From Obrimoposthia wandeli (Eukaryota), in NCBI GenBank assembly GCA_977020255.1, contig CDROCS010000088.1, positions 124,001 through 188,000 on the forward strand: DNA of 64,000 nucleotides, in the 5' to 3' direction. Position 1 is the stretch's first letter. Every line of letters starts with the position of its first letter. The notes below the pieces were generated by a model, which was given only the letters and a program-made list of their open reading frames with translations, ran no database searches and had not been told where the DNA came from. Position numbers and translations under genes: made by a program. Positions 48,300-63,819 of the stretch are shown here, piece after piece.

Positions 48300-49500
48300 A
48301 AAATACGAGTTGCATTTTTAAATCCCGGGTTAAAATAAGATACACTGGTAACCTGATTATTTTTGTACACCAGTTTTTGAATGTTTTAGTATACATTTGG
48401 TTTTCTAGAAAGAAATCCATAACATTCTAATTTTTTGTGTGTAATTTATAAAACATTAAAATACATTGTAAAAAATAGTCAACCATTTCGAAACCTTCGA
48501 AATTCAAAATTCAAAACTTTTTATAATTGTTCTCTATTACTATGAATTCATAAACACATTTTTAAAAAAACTCAAAAAATTTGGCAAACTTTATGAATTA
48601 TGGGGTGTGCAGACTTTTCGGACTTTTTTTTTTTTATTCTAATTTTAATATTTATAAGATATTTTGTGTCAATTAAGTTTAGTTGAATATGGTGTTCGTT
48701 CTAGTAGGTTTTTTTGGTCAATTTATAAGATATTTTGTGTCAATTAAGTTTAGTTGAATATGGTGTTCGTTCTAGTAGGTTTTTTTGGTCAATTTATAAG
48801 ATTTTAATTTTATATAATTTAGTTCGTTATTTTTGGGTTTGTTTTAATGAACCAATCTATATGTTTTTTTTTATCAATTTATGAAGTTGTTTGAGTCAAT
48901 ATTATTATAAAATAATTTTAAAAGAGTAAATTTATAAGAAACAGTTTGTTTTTTTAAAAAGAAAGTTGAGTCAATTTAGAGGGGAAAAAAGATTTGAATC
49001 ATTGGATTACGTCATCGCATGTGAACCATTTTCATCCGAAAGGCCCATGTTTTGCGTAATTAGGTCGATGAACATACCGCAGTATGTAATTCTGTACACC
49101 AGGACTAACAGTGACTTCTTATGGCTGATCTGTAGATTACATGTTTCTAAAGAAAATCTAATCCCACGTTGGTGCTTTTGGGTTATAAATGATTAAGATG
49201 TCATCTAGGTGGATATGAATCAGCGGAATGTCCCATTTTTTTAAAATCTTTCTTTTTTATAAAAATGTCAAAAAATAATATTTTAGAACACCATCTTTGA
49301 CTAAACTTAATTGACACAAAATATCTTTTAAATCTTAAAATTAGAATATAAAAATTCTTTAAATTTCGAAAAGTCCTACTTTAAAAAAAGGCCAGTCTGA
49401 AACATTTTAGTCTGAAACGTACACCGTAAAAATGACACAAGTTTTAAAAATGCAATGCATTCGTTATCTATTTAATAAATCCTGGACCAAATAAGTATCT
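48300..49500. mobile_element. Foldback/MITE-like element with diverged long inverted repeats and a 71-bp internal tandem duplication
   Basis: About 48600-48700 is the reverse complement of about 49285-49430. Tandem units start at 48651 and 48722. Confidence 0.6.
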
Positions 49501-50129
49501 TTTTAATGTTTTGCCTTTATGTAGTGTAATATAAATTTCAATAAACTTGTTGTGAAATTTTCATTTTTTTTTCCAATGCCAGTTTTACTTTTACCATTTA
49601 TACCATGCAATTCTTACCTGTGCTATTATTACTTAAATTCGAACGTGACTATACTTAAATTTTAGTGATAATGTTTCTACTAATAATGATATACTTTCTC
49701 TTTGATAAATTTCCGCTGTTTTTAAATTATTTTATTTCAAATTCCAAACTCTTGAAATTTGCTAGAAGCTTCGCTGATGTACGATTTTTGCTCATTCAAT
49801 AGTTGAGTTTGCAATAATATTCGAGTGCATGTTGTATCATTTGATGGTTACCAAATTTTTGACTTATGTTTACTTGACAATTTGGTAGAAATGTTACAAA
49901 GTATTTTATTTTAACCATACGGCAATGTTATTATTTTTTCAATCCAAAGTTTTAACTAAATTGTAACAGCTTGAACTTTCCTTTCGAATGCAGGTGTAAC
50001 CCGATGTTGGGTTTATCTCTATCCTGTGCAGTTTCCCTTGATATTATCGTAAGGCCTTTTATTTACTACCAAAGCGGTTAACAGTTCAAATTAGTCACTC
50101 CTTTAAATTCCCATCAATGTCCAAATTGA

Positions 50130-50500
50130 ACAGTTTCGTAATATTTATGCATTGGTTGAGGCTTCGCATCAGCCAGCCAGTCAATTCGCCTCAAGATAAT
50201 ACAGCCTTATTCGGGCCACATCGAAGGTTAGATTCTGTTTACTTTGGGAAAAAAACTTCAGCTGCACCGCTGACACAATTCCCAGCTGGAAATCTGGCCT
50301 GTTTATTCTGCCTCTGCCAATGTTTAGTTGCTCCAAAACACCAACACATCAATTCCCTCTTTCGGATGTGGTGTCATTTTCAGACATTCCCATGGGCTCA
50401 TAACCCATATCTCTCTGACCGTCCACCATTATCAAGACAAGGGAAAATCATCAAATTTACTATCTGAGTTACGTGGCTCTGCCAAGGCCCATCAATGACC
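50130..50500 (-). mobile_element. Possible hAT transposase C-terminal remnant
   Basis: IDVLVFW...LAEA...SSWELCQRCS...VNRI*PSM.PE resembles D.L.FW...LA..A...SSA.SER.FS...R..L.PE. Confidence 0.45.
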
Positions 50501-53500
50501 GAGTTTATTCAGGCTTATGACGCATTCAAAATCTACAAAACCGAATATTAGGTTCATTTTAGCAATATTTATCAGTCAATATTGAACAAAATAAAACCAT
50601 CACCACCATCAACACGCATTACATCAACAACCACTGGATTTGGTAACTTCATTTGACACAATACACCATACAACATAAGAAATGACACCTATAAATGTTT
50701 CAAATTCGACTTTTTCACATGTTTTGTAATGCAGGGTGTCAATATTTGAATTGTTATTTTATTGACTGTTTCTGAATTATTTTTTGGCCTTTCGATGTAT
50801 TTACGCTGATTACAAAACTGAACATTTTTATTTCAGGTGTCAGATAGTTTTTCCCTTTCAATTTTTGAGCAGTTTTATCAAACCTTCCCAGACACGATAT
50901 TGTACTTCTTTCAATGTTTCCTTAAAGTCTTCACTCTTCATGATGTTTTACTTCACTCAACAAAAGAATGCCTAGGAAATTAATCTGCAGAAGCAGTAAA
51001 ATAAGTTTTGGTTAATGAACTAGCTATAGATCTTACAAGTTTTCTTGTCAGGATTTCGATTAATGCTAGCTGGCCATTGAACTTCATTGGCTTAATTGAG
51101 TCATAGGATTCTTTTACCTCTCTAGAATAAGCTACTGAAATAGCAGGAAATGTGTTATCTTTATGTATGGTACACTAACTTAATACTGAATAAATTGTCA
51201 TCAATATTTTGCACCAGACTTTATTCCTAATTTCGTACGTAAACCTCAAATTTCACAGCAATTTACAATTTTGTGGCTTTGATCATGCCTGAAATATTCG
51301 ACATATTCATTGTTCATCGTCTGTAGCACCAAACTTATTAGATTGATGTTGGTTAATTTTTCCCATTTTTTCTCTCAGCATTTTTTCATTTATTTTCTGA
51401 TTTATCTTTGAAATTATCGTCATAATCAAAAATATCCCAACGGAAAGTAATGGTACGAACAGGAAATGTGTCTTCTTTTTCATACGGCTGTGGTCTGATT
51501 GCCGGCATTAAATTAGGATGCTCTATATGCTTTGCTGTATTCTTGTCGTCGTCTTAGTAGCTTACGCTTGGCTGTAGGAGTACTAAACGGTACTTTTTTA
51601 AAGTTTACCTGCTGTCCACATGGATAATCTGGATGAGTATTTATTTACATACGATAAGAGGAGCAAATGATTTATTTTGAACTCTTAATTTATCACTTTT
51701 ATAACATTGTTCTTAAAATTTAACTTGTCTCCTTTCTCCATAGTTTTATGACATTAAGAAACTAAAAGTGATATTTCGTTTGTCTATTAAAACTTTATAA
51801 ATTTTCCCGAAAATTACTATGTCGATGTTAAATACCCTGTTTATCTGCGTATGAACCTTCCTTCTGAAATGGTCATTTTTAGATGTAAAAATTGAAGGGT
51901 CCAAAAATCTAATTTTTATAGGTAGTTTATATAAATTAGTCATTATCGTAGAAATGATCGGCCCATTCCAGTTGCTCTTTGGACAGACTTTTATTGCAAT
52001 GTCAGTGAACTGCAGCTTTGTGTGATTACTGCGTTGACTGAAAATGGACTTCTTCATTCATCGATCGACTGTCGTGTCGTCAATTATGTAATATTACATT
52101 GACATCAAATTTTCATATTGATCGAGCCAAATATAAGAATAAGGAAAAAAGAGTTAGAAAACTAAAATCGGAACAAATTATCAAGCAATTATTTACAAAA
52201 AACGTCATAAAAAGTTATCAATTGATCTACAAACCGGTTGATTGTTTGAAAATATTAATTAATTTTATGTACAATTCTTTAAAAAGTTAAAACTATAAAA
52301 TAATGCAAAGCTTAATATTTCTTTATACCATCTTTGATTGAAAGTTCTTCAAATTCAGTATTAGAAATATTTTTAAAAAAATTATGTTTGTTAATTCAAA
52401 CGTTAATTAATTAAACCTCATAGATGAATTTATATACAATAAAAACTTCGTACATTAATGAACCAAAATTCATTTTAAAGCTTAAATTAAAACCAATTGA
52501 ATTAGGAAACTCTTATGAAAATATGTTCATAAGTACATAAGACATTTCAATACTACCAGGCACATACACTCACCAATGGGTATCCAGTAGAACCAAAATG
52601 GTAAATTAATGCTAATAACGAAATCTGTGTTCTTCACATAGGATTCCTCGCATATTTAATGCCTTAATTTTGAGACATAAAGTTTTAAAAAGTCCCTACG
52701 TTTCGACGGGCAGTTGACTCTTGTGGAATATTAAGGCAATGGTATAGCATAAAGGTATATCTTGATATTTATTATCATCATCATCAGTTTTAGATAATAT
52801 TTGATCATTTTGCGGACTTTCATAATTGTTGGCACCCTAGTTCTGTTTCATTCTATTTTATGGCAATTCAATTAAATTAACTGTCACTTAAAATTATTGG
52901 AATAGATCTTTTGGTAAAGTAACATTATTTGAAGTGGTAAAGTGTAAAAAGGAAATTTAAATTGTTTCGTAGTGTTACTATTTTGCTACATGAAATTTTA
53001 TTAATTTATCGATATGTTGAAAATCCTCGATTTTTGAAAACGGATGAAAATCTTCTGATCAACTTCTTCTTGATTGTCTATTTATCAAGGTCAACGCAGA
53101 AATTATACAAACTGAAAATGATCAGCTAAAATGCAAGTGCAATTTCATATACACACACAAAAGCTACTTCAACATGATCAGATACATCGCAGCACTAGCT
53201 GTATCTCTCTCTCTTCCACACTTCTTTGGGCGTGGGCATTGTCTCCTTGACGACTGTTTTCTCTACACACGTTCCCAAGGGCAATAAACATAACTATACG
53301 AATGCGTATGCAGGGGTGACGAGTTTGGAACAATGTACAGTGTAAATTTGTAAACAAATTGCAAAGGGGGTTGCTTTATCACCGACGTTCTTCGTCAGCA
53401 TCAGGAGAAATTGTTGATTTAACATCGGATAAAATATAACTATTTATCAAAGTGTTTATGCTTCACTGACAATTCTATGAATTATCAAACGTGGATACGT

Positions 53501-55149
53501 TGAAGTTTCTTCCTTATAATGAGAATGACTGTTGAATTGCTGCGAACCAGGCATTTTTTATATTTAACACTTTACATAAACACTTTATGAACTGGAGGGC
53601 GCATATAATTTAACATAGAGGCAATAACTTTTATTTCAAATTTCTAAATCGATTAAATTATAAAATTTAAACTTTTTCCATATCAATACATTCAATACTT
53701 TTCATCTCCATAACTTTAAAATACCCAAGGTCATTTAATCTTTTTAAACAACACCTTTAAGACAATCACTAATTATATATATATTAAATAATAAGAGTCG
53801 ATCCTAAACACACACATACTCATTTTGGCCACACCGATTTATCTTACAAGAAACGTTAGTGAAGTTGTAAATCACAGATTTTTATAATATTTTAAATTTT
53901 ACTTTTTTAGCATTTAACAACTTTGTTGGAACAATTTGTTTTCCACTTATTTATTATTAAAAATATATTTATATACTTATTTCAAAGTTTGTATAAGTTT
54001 GTTTAGCCTGATTTTTTTAAATTTGAGGCTCCAACACAGATTCATACAGTTTATCAGGGTACATCTTCATTTTCAAATTGTTTTTTGATCTATATTTAAG
54101 TGTAATTTTAATGTAAAGTAGTAGAACATTATAATGGTAATAAATTCGATATTAATAATTTATGCTGAAAATAAATAACACATTAAATTTATTATTTGAT
54201 ACACACTTATTGCCTCGAAACTCTGTGATATACACTCCTAAACTGAGACTATATGACTTCTGATTTTTTCTTTCAAAACATGCAACTAGTTTTTCAATAG
54301 TTTAAATGTGAAATATGAAAATATTGACGTATAATCGAATTTCCTTTTGATGTTAATATTGATATTTTGTTAAATTAAAATTTTTCATTACTATTCATTA
54401 TATAATAAGTATTTCTTGATAATTGTTACATTGAAAATTGTTTAATTTTAAAATTGTTTTTAAATGAATAAATACGTAGCATATTATCAATTTTGATGTA
54501 TAAATTTAATATTAACTTTATATATGTATATTAAAATATTTTTGGGAAGCTATTATTTTACTATTGTTCCTCATCATTATTTTTTGAGAAAATTTTGCTT
54601 ATATAAAGAAGTTTTGTGCTCTCCACTGCGATTACTTTCCTTGTTAGTCATACAAGCAGATAATCACAAATATGCATTAATCAAATGAAAATATAGCATT
54701 GATTGAACTGTGTACTCCACACCCGTTGCACATAAAAGAAATGCACACATAAACACCCATACGTTGTGTCATTGCAAAATTATTTTCAATTCAAGGATCA
54801 GTGAAATTCTCCCAAAAGTTAAAAAAATATATTTCAAAAAATATTTATACACGAAAAATTTATTACAATTGTTGCTATTGATTCGTTAGTAATTCGCCTG
54901 GGATATTGGATTCCAATGACCAGAGTACTCCACGAATTTGAGTAGATTGTGTGATTGGACCATTTTTCCTATCAGACCAAGTTCCCAAAAACACTTACTT
55001 AGCCATGTTACAAGACTATCTCACGTGGGGATAAAAATATTATTCAGTTTACCTAATGGGCTTATATAGACAAATAATGTCAAAATAAAGATAATCTAAC
55101 TAGACTGTAAAATACCTCAAAACCAAATACAAAAGGAAAACATTATTAA

Positions 55150-55720
55150 AGGACATTTGGCGGTCTCAAACAATTAATAAATCTGATAAAGGAAATGTAT
55201 TAATTGTATTATTGTTCATTAAGTCAATAAACAGGAAAACGGGGTCATTGTGAAAAGACAAGTTTCACAACCAGTAAAAGTCGAACTACTTTTAGATAGC
55301 TTTTTAATGAAATTAAAGATAAACAAATGAATTTCTGAGAGGAAACATTTTCGATAAGTTTCATATGAAAAGAACTCAGTCAACAAAATAGATGTATTAC
55401 CAATTTATTAATGATTGATGCAATATCAGGTGCTAAGACGCTTAGAATAAACAAATTCAATAACTAATGGCATTTATTTCAGCCCCCATGTTTGTCTCGA
55501 TTTTTAAAATCAATTTAGAAGAAACTTTGGTATATTATAATGATGTATTTCCAAAAATTTATAAAATATATGACGATGACCTTTGTTATATTTTCAAATA
55601 AGACAAATAATCCGTCATTTTTAGATTTTTTAAAAAATAAAGGAAAATTTACATATATAATCGGGCATGAAAAATAACTCACTGTCACTTTTAGATAAAT
55701 TGATCAAAATAATAAGAAGA
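55150..55720 (+). mobile_element. Penelope-like retroelement RT remnant
   Basis: KSDKGNVLIV, PKIYKIYDDDL (RYVDD-like) and NNSLSFLD fragments in the expected order. Confidence 0.65.
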
Positions 55721-58700
55721 AAAATGGGAAAGCGATTTTTTTCTTAAGAAAATTGATACATGACTATTCTCCACAATATTTAGCTATTGTGAAACTAAAT
55801 ACAAAAAATAAAAAAACAGTACAATTAGTTCATATACAGTGGGGTTTAGTGATGGTTCTAGACCCTAATGGTTATATTTACATTTATATGATTCATATAT
55901 ATATAATTTTGCTACTTAAATTTTATTTCTAGGATTATTTATATAAATTTCATAAAATGAGACATTAACCAATTTAATTATATAATCGTTATAAAACATT
56001 ATCATGCTTCCGTAGAATTTAAAAAGAAAGTAAAATGTCCAAACAATTTATTTCGCAAAAAATTCATTCAAAATAAAACTGGTTCTGAGTTTATTATTTG
56101 GACATTCGGTAATCTAAGGATATTTTCTTGAATCATTACGAAGATATACAAATATGAGTTCAACTTTATCTACAGTGGAAATCAAATATTCCATCTCTCC
56201 TTCCAATGGTGTCACTTCAGTTAAGCTATCTTCATCCTTAAGGTCACATATCATTCTCTTTGCATTTGTTTAAAATGTACCATATCAAATATTGCATTTA
56301 TTAGATCAACTTCAGATACGTCTTGGTTTATTTGATTTTCGTTATTGCTATTCAATTGTTCATTGTCATTTTTGTCGATTCAATTACCAAATTAATCTTG
56401 TTTTTTATGTTTAGAATAAAATTCATTGCTTTGTTTTTTCTTATGCAGTTAATTCCTGACTTTCAAAAAACTCTGGATTATTCAATACAATGTCTGCACC
56501 AGTTTCGAACATACTTGATCATTTAAACGTTCTGTTTAATCGCCTCACATATTCCGACAATGTATGCGATATTCATCACTTTTCAAAAATAATTTCATTT
56601 TTTTGTATTTGTTTTACCTGTACACAATTTGATTGGTTACTGGCATTTTCATTTCAAAATATTTTTCTAGGAACATCAAACATTTGCTTCTCAGAAAGAG
56701 TGGCAAACAATGAGTAAGGTTGGAATTTTAAATTTCACCCTTCTGCAAGAATTTACATATTTTTTCAAAAAAATTTATGCTATCTGCCATAATTAGAAAA
56801 ATCATTCGAATCATAAAAATCATTTTCAAAACAGTTCAATGTCAAATCCTAACCTGTAATTTCTTATTCAAATGTACAAATTGTCATAAATGATATTGGA
56901 AGCAACGAAAAACGCATCGGACCAAAAAATGTTTCCAAAGTAAAAATAGATTTGGATTGGGAACGAAATTTGACACACATGATTATTGGAATATTTGGAA
57001 TTTTTTTTAAAGCGACAGAGAACTGAATTTAAAATGGATCTAAAAATAGAATAAAACAACGTCATTTTGTCAATCTTACTTTATGCTCGGTGGAAATTTT
57101 TCACAAAAAATCCGAGATCCTGACGTCCTTGATCTATTTTTTTTATTTCGAAAATATTAATTTTTTTGACGGAACAAAATTTGTAGGCTGGGGGGGCTCG
57201 AAAGTAGGCAAAAATGTTGTTTCTCGGCTTTTTGCGTTAAAATACATAAAGTTTTAAACAAATATATTTGAACTTAATGGGAAAGGTCAAAATATGGTAA
57301 AACTTTATTCGAATAAAATAAATATTCGCTTATTTCTTCGAGTTATTCGGTCAAAAATTTTTTTTTTTTTTAAAAAAAAACATTTTCCTTGTTTTCAGTT
57401 TGAACCAAAAGTATGGGAAAATTTTCATTTGGCCATTCATCATGATTTAGTAGACTCGACAAAAATATTTCACACATCTAAGTTTTTATAAATATAGTTT
57501 TTTTCTTTGCGTGTGAAAATTTTCTCCAATCTAATTTTCATTCACACCACTCAAATCACGGGACGTTTCTCTTTCATTTTGCAAATCAATTCAATTTTAA
57601 GTTTCCATGGAAACTCTACCTCTGTCATTTTAATAACAATAATAGCCTGATACGAAATTTTATCAAAAATTCTAATAATTTCCTTGATCAAATTCCTGGC
57701 TGGAGACATGATATGTAGTCTTTATATTTGTTGTGTGAAGCTTAACTGTTGTGAAAATAATGAGTTGAGGCTGAATTATTCATCGAAACAACTTATGTCG
57801 TCATACGAAACCAGATGGAATTCCAGGTGTAAGGAAGCACCAACAAATCGCAGCTGGAAGGTTAAGAAGTTAGATAATGAAAGTTGAGGGGAAGGGATAT
57901 TCGACTAACGGAAACTCATTCCAAATGAGAGGCTGAAACTTCGTTCTGACTGTTGGTAACCAGAACGTCATTGCCCCACACTAAGCGCTTGATGCATGCC
58001 ATAAATAATTTCAGAAAAACCTATATTTGTTTGTACCTGCCACTGGCGTTTCAGTCATTTGCCTATAGATGGTCATCGTTCTAACCATGTTCCTCAAGAT
58101 AAGATAAGATAAGAAAAATGAAGATCATAGTGGAGCTTTTATCAACCAGGGTGATGAACAAACATTTGTTACGCCGATTCATTTCAATTAACTGATTTAA
58201 TCATTTAAATTTTACAACATATTTTAAAAATAAAACTTCTTACACATTTATGTTACTTTTAGTGGTGTGGAGGGTTTTTATAAAACAGATCTAATAACAT
58301 AAAATAACATTATCGTCAACGTTTTCTCATCTACTTATGAAACAAGCATTTTATTTTAATAAAATACATATTTTCCCATGACCCCAATAGATATAGATAT
58401 ATAACCAGTTCAAAATTGGCGAATAAATACCTTTTGGAAAAATAATTTTCCTTCCATTTTATTTAAAAGAATATTATTTAACTTGTTGCACCTTGTCATT
58501 GTTAAATTGGGCATCTCCTTTTCGAAATAATGGGTGTTTCTTGACAGTTGCAGCTTGCTTATATGATCATGGCGGTACATGTATCTGCTTGAACTGCATC
58601 TCCGATACCATAATCAAAATATTTTATTAGGTTTTTTATAATTGTCAATAGTCAGATTTTTATTATTCATTCGATGAATCCCAAAAAACCATATTCGACT

Positions 58701-61700
58701 AAAGAAGGTCGTTTGGTTATGAATGAAGACCGATCAGACCTCTTTCTGTCTATTTGTTTCTAGGAAAAGACAGCAGAGCAAGCGAGCAAATGAGCTAATG
58801 GAAATAGAAGATAGACGGAGGCTGGACAATCGTAGATGGAGACTCCCGATTATGCAGAACCGGGGATTGTGGGACGTCTATAGAGACATAATGAAATAGA
58901 GCACAGATAATATTAAGACAGGGAAATAAAGCATGGGAGCCAGAACAATCTGTCGAATATCTGATGGCTTCTCAAGATGAATTCCAGCCAAATTAGGCAG
59001 CTGGTTATCAAAGGTTGGACTAACTACTATCCAATGAACGCTCTCAGATATAAGCTGTAAATTATTGCCTTTAAACCACGGGTTAAACCTAATTTGTACT
59101 TACTGTAAGGTGTTTTTAAATTCAGGTACGATTTTGTAAAACATATATTGGTTGATTGTAATTTAAGTATACTTTAAAATCATGTTTTCTTCATTAACAT
59201 ACAACTTCTATTGGTTAGAAATGTCTCTTTAACGTTATCAATAACAAAAATGACAACAATTGAATAAATTTCAATCATAAGTGGTAAAAAATAACATTTA
59301 AATATATTTTTAGATTTTTTCAGATTCTCAATTGAAATCACCTTTTAAAAACTTCGTCTCAAAGGGAATATTAATAGAATTAAATTAAAAGTTTGAAACT
59401 ATCGAGTTTTATTGCTTTTCAATGGGTGACTTTATCAAAATAAGTTTTATAAAAAATCTCACTCTTAATTTGTTTTAAAGTTAGCTTATTCAGATTTAAC
59501 AACCTGACATTAAATCACAGTATACAAACAAAATTAAAAAATGCCAGTAGGTGGATATGTTCAGTCTAATCCACCCCCCCCCGAGGGGGTACCACTGTCC
59601 TTTAAAACTGAAATATTTTTCAATTGATCAATTGATCAATATCAATATTAATATCAATATTAGTTGTTGTTAAAATGTCAATAAAATATGTATTTTCCAT
59701 TTTGATATTTTCACAAGATTCATAATTCGTATCATATTACATGGTTTTCCTTTTGAAATTGTTTCCTGATAAAAAAAAATCTTACATATCTCAGAAGAAG
59801 ATCCATTCTAAAATAAGGTAACTGATTAAAAATATTGTTTATAAACAATAATATAAGATACAAATATTATGAAATAAAAATAAATAAAACTGATTACAAT
59901 TTATTATATGCAAAATGAAAGAAACATGGCAAAAGAAAAAAAAAGTTCCAATTTCATCTTTCTTGTAACCATAAAGTCAAATTGTTACAGTACATGGGTT
60001 TTTTTTGGGAAACGCATCAACATATATTTTTCTTCCATATTCATCTAAAAATGCTGTATCAGCTCCGCGAATATAAAATGCGTTCTATTGAATGTAAAAC
60101 GTGAAACTGTTTTTCAAGTTTCTGTTTAATTTAGTCACTTCTGACTAAAAGATTCTCAATATTTGCAAAAATTTTATTTGTCATTGGCACCTTAACTATA
60201 ACGTATTTGTTATTTAGGTGATAAGCACCGTTTTCCCTACGTTTTTTAGTGGGGCTTTATTAATAAATTGGCCTTGTCTCTTTCTATCTACCATTGCCGA
60301 CAAACATCCACCTAATTTAATATGAATACAACTATTTGTTGAAGTTGGTGCTACAGAAGTTATTAAAACAATTTATGTGTATATCCGTAGTCTTTTCCTT
60401 AGTTTTTGACTAAGTTCGGATGCATGTATATAATTTTATATAAAATATTTTATTCAAAAAATCGTAGTATTTTGATAAGATTTGTTGACCTTGTGTACTT
60501 GAGAATAGAGATTTTGCGAGGAAAAAAGTAGCATTTTTCAGTTTATCTGAATATAAATATTTACACAGAAATATTTTTGCGCTGCAAGGGCGCCGAAAGG
60601 GTGCGAATATTTTTGAGACCCTGTATCTATATTGTATATTTAAATAATTCAGAAAGTCATATATAGTGATTTAGTGCAGTGGTATGGTTGGCACACGTGT
60701 GGACAAATTGAAGAATTTCAGAAGCTAAATGGTAAGCCAAGAATCGTAGGGACCTGCAAGAAATTGCTCTTTATGGAATACAAGTATCCTATGCGCTTAA
60801 TCTTCGAATTTCAGTTCGCCACCTTGACCAGTGTATCATCCACCGCCAGTAAACTACACTTGAAATATATATATCAGGACATGTATTTATATTTATATAT
60901 TTATTCAGATAGTTATACAGCCACATGCACGAAACTTCACTCCATACATATTCGTGACATTTCACTCTACACATATGTACGGTTTTAAATGACAGTGGTA
61001 ATCCCCTGAGGAGAGGTGGGATTAGACCGGACAAATCCACCTACTAAGCATTGTCTACTAATTTTGTTTTTTCTCATATGGATAGTATCAATGCTTATAT
61101 AAAATTTCCATAGATTCTCTCTGAAATTTTCACTAGGGAAACTTGGATATATATATTCAAATTAGTTAGAATTCAAAAGGATTCAAACTGTCTTTACAAA
61201 CACTTTACAACGTTGGATATAATAATTCTAAAAAATATGATCTTCATTATATCAGAAATATTATTATCATTTAGTCTTGACGTTTTATTGAACAAATATG
61301 GGAAATTTTGTTAAACCATATAGAATAAGTTACAGTTCACTAATGTAACATCTCGGATTCTGTTGAAGATCTGAATATAGTTGAAGACATTTGGAATATA
61401 TATATGCTGCTGTCTGTTACATTCCTCGATTTCGTAGAAATGTTGATTTTATCTAAAAATAAATTCGGAAATAAATTATTTAATAAACAAAATAAAGGGA
61501 AAATGTTTAAATTATATGACTCAAATTTATCTCGTTTATGTACAGTTTTGCAAATAAATTGACAAAAAAGTGAATTATCTTTTTAAATATATAACCTAAA
61601 TTGAGTTTTTTGTTTTTATTTTATTTTCTATAAAGTTGTAAAGTAATATTATAAATTATTATTTGAGAAGGTTTATTCAACAATTTTAATCTGATATTTA

Positions 61701-63374
61701 TTAAAAATTCCAATGAACATTTGTAATAGCAGTTTTTTAGCTTTTCAAAGTGAATTAAAATTGTATATACCAACTATAAAATATTGTATTTCAAAAAGCT
61801 GCGTTTGAATTTTTTATCCCTATATATCCGGTAGTATGGATCTTATTTATGAAAGTTTCATTACAGACAATAACTCTCGATTCGCATATGCTTATATAAT
61901 ATTAACACACAAACATGGTATTAATAAAATCAACAATAACAGATAAATACATATGTATTTGAAGTAATACAACTATTCAAAATTATTGACAAATTTGGTG
62001 AGGTTAGGTTGTGTATAAACAACTAACTTTTCATTTCACTAATTATTTTTGATTACAATGTTGACAAATATAAAAATTCGAGAGGAATCCCTTCATCATT
62101 ATTCAATGATACAAAATAAAACATGATGGAGCTTGAAACCAATATAGAAAATTGCAGAAGGATTTATTATGTTATAAGCTATTAATACATATTGATGTTT
62201 TCGATCTTTTCTTATTTTGATTTACTATAATGTCTAAACAAAATCATTATGAAAACTTAGATGGATATGGTGGTCCGGTAATGTAGGGCAGCATAAATGT
62301 GATAACAGGTCTCTGAAGACTTAATTAGGACATATATAGATTTAAGTAGGTTGAAATTAATTCTTTCTATAATAAAATATATTGGAATTAATTATTTGAA
62401 GAAATGGATTGAAATTAATTGTTTAATCATTAGATTGGAATTTAAGAGTTACATTGGAACTTATTGTATATGTTTAATGCATTAATTGTTGGAATTAAAT
62501 TGGAAATTTTGAATTAGTTTTAATGAAATAATTGAATTTGTTTTAATGAATTGAAGTTGCATTAATTAAATGAATTACTTTGGAATAAAATATTTGTTAA
62601 CTTGAAAAAGTAGATTCATGTATTGACTTGATTTTGAATTACAATCGAATTAATATGTTGATTTAATAAATTGAATTTCGAGTAATTGAATAAAAATGGT
62701 TTATAATTGAAATCAATGGAATTCGTTTTAAAGAAATGAAATGATGGGTATTCAAATCTGACTTGAGAAAGTATTTGAAATCGTGCGAAAATGCCTCAAA
62801 GGGCAAATTGACAAAATGTTCAAAAATCAGTGAGACTAAAAATAGCAATCAATGAGAGCCAGCAATAAAATGAAGATTCATTGGCACGGATGCACAACAT
62901 CGGGGAACAGTTCTTTTTTGTGTCGCGGTGCTGCATAGTTATCACTTTATACTACTCATATATATGGGCTTAGTGCATAATTAACGATTTCTTCTCCAAT
63001 CCCTCTCCCATATTTCAAATTTATCGGTGTGTTTCCTTATTTTTTCAAAATAATAAAACACGTGTGTCTTTCGAGCCACCTCGACTTCTGAGGCTGTTTA
63101 AGCGACTCTCAGGACGATTTTGAGATATTTCAGGTAGATTTTACGCATGTATATAGGGCCAAGGGAAATTTACAGGCAAAAGCTGGAATTTCGAGGCATT
63201 TTAAGGGATTTTAGGGCTATTTTAGTCATTTTAGACCAAAAATAACGTGTGTCTTTCGGGCCACCTCGATTACTAAGCCTTTTTAATACTCAAAATATTA
63301 CTCGAATAATTTACTTTTCTGAAGTGTTCGAAAGGTTTCTATATAGAGTTTCATTCTGTCTTTCTGGAAATAAT

Positions 63375-63665
63375 AATTTCAAATCCCAATTGTTAGCCAA
63401 TTCCAGTCATTAGTTAGGCCAAGTTTAATTTTGATGGAATAAATTCATAATTTTCAACAGATTTTCGATAAATCAATATAATTTTGAATTTATAATAAGG
63501 GTAAAATGTTTGATTAAAAATTAAATTTAAATAATGATTTATTGATTTCTAAATATAGTTTCTCTCTGTCTATCCAGAAATATCAATTTCAAAACTCAAC
63601 GTTCAGCGGTTTCCAGTCATTAGTTATGCCAGGTTTAATTTTGATGGAATAAATTCATAATTTTC
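63375..63665. repeat. About 80-bp direct repeat, two copies about 210 bp apart
   Basis: ttccagtcattagtta.gcca.gtttaattttgatggaataaattcataattttca occurs twice. Confidence 0.85.
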
Positions 63666-63819
63666 ATGTTATTTTCTATAAAATAATTTCTAAAGTCTTT
63701 AAAATTTATGTTTTAAAATACATTTTGAAATTTATTTAAGAAAATAAATAATATTTTATAGAAAAACAAGTTTAAATAAAATAAACACAATTCATTTAAC
63801 AATATATTTCTTAAATCAA

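Noticed and set aside
57684-57887. ETRWNS motif suggesting a hAT transposase
   Set aside because: A single short motif with no supporting context.
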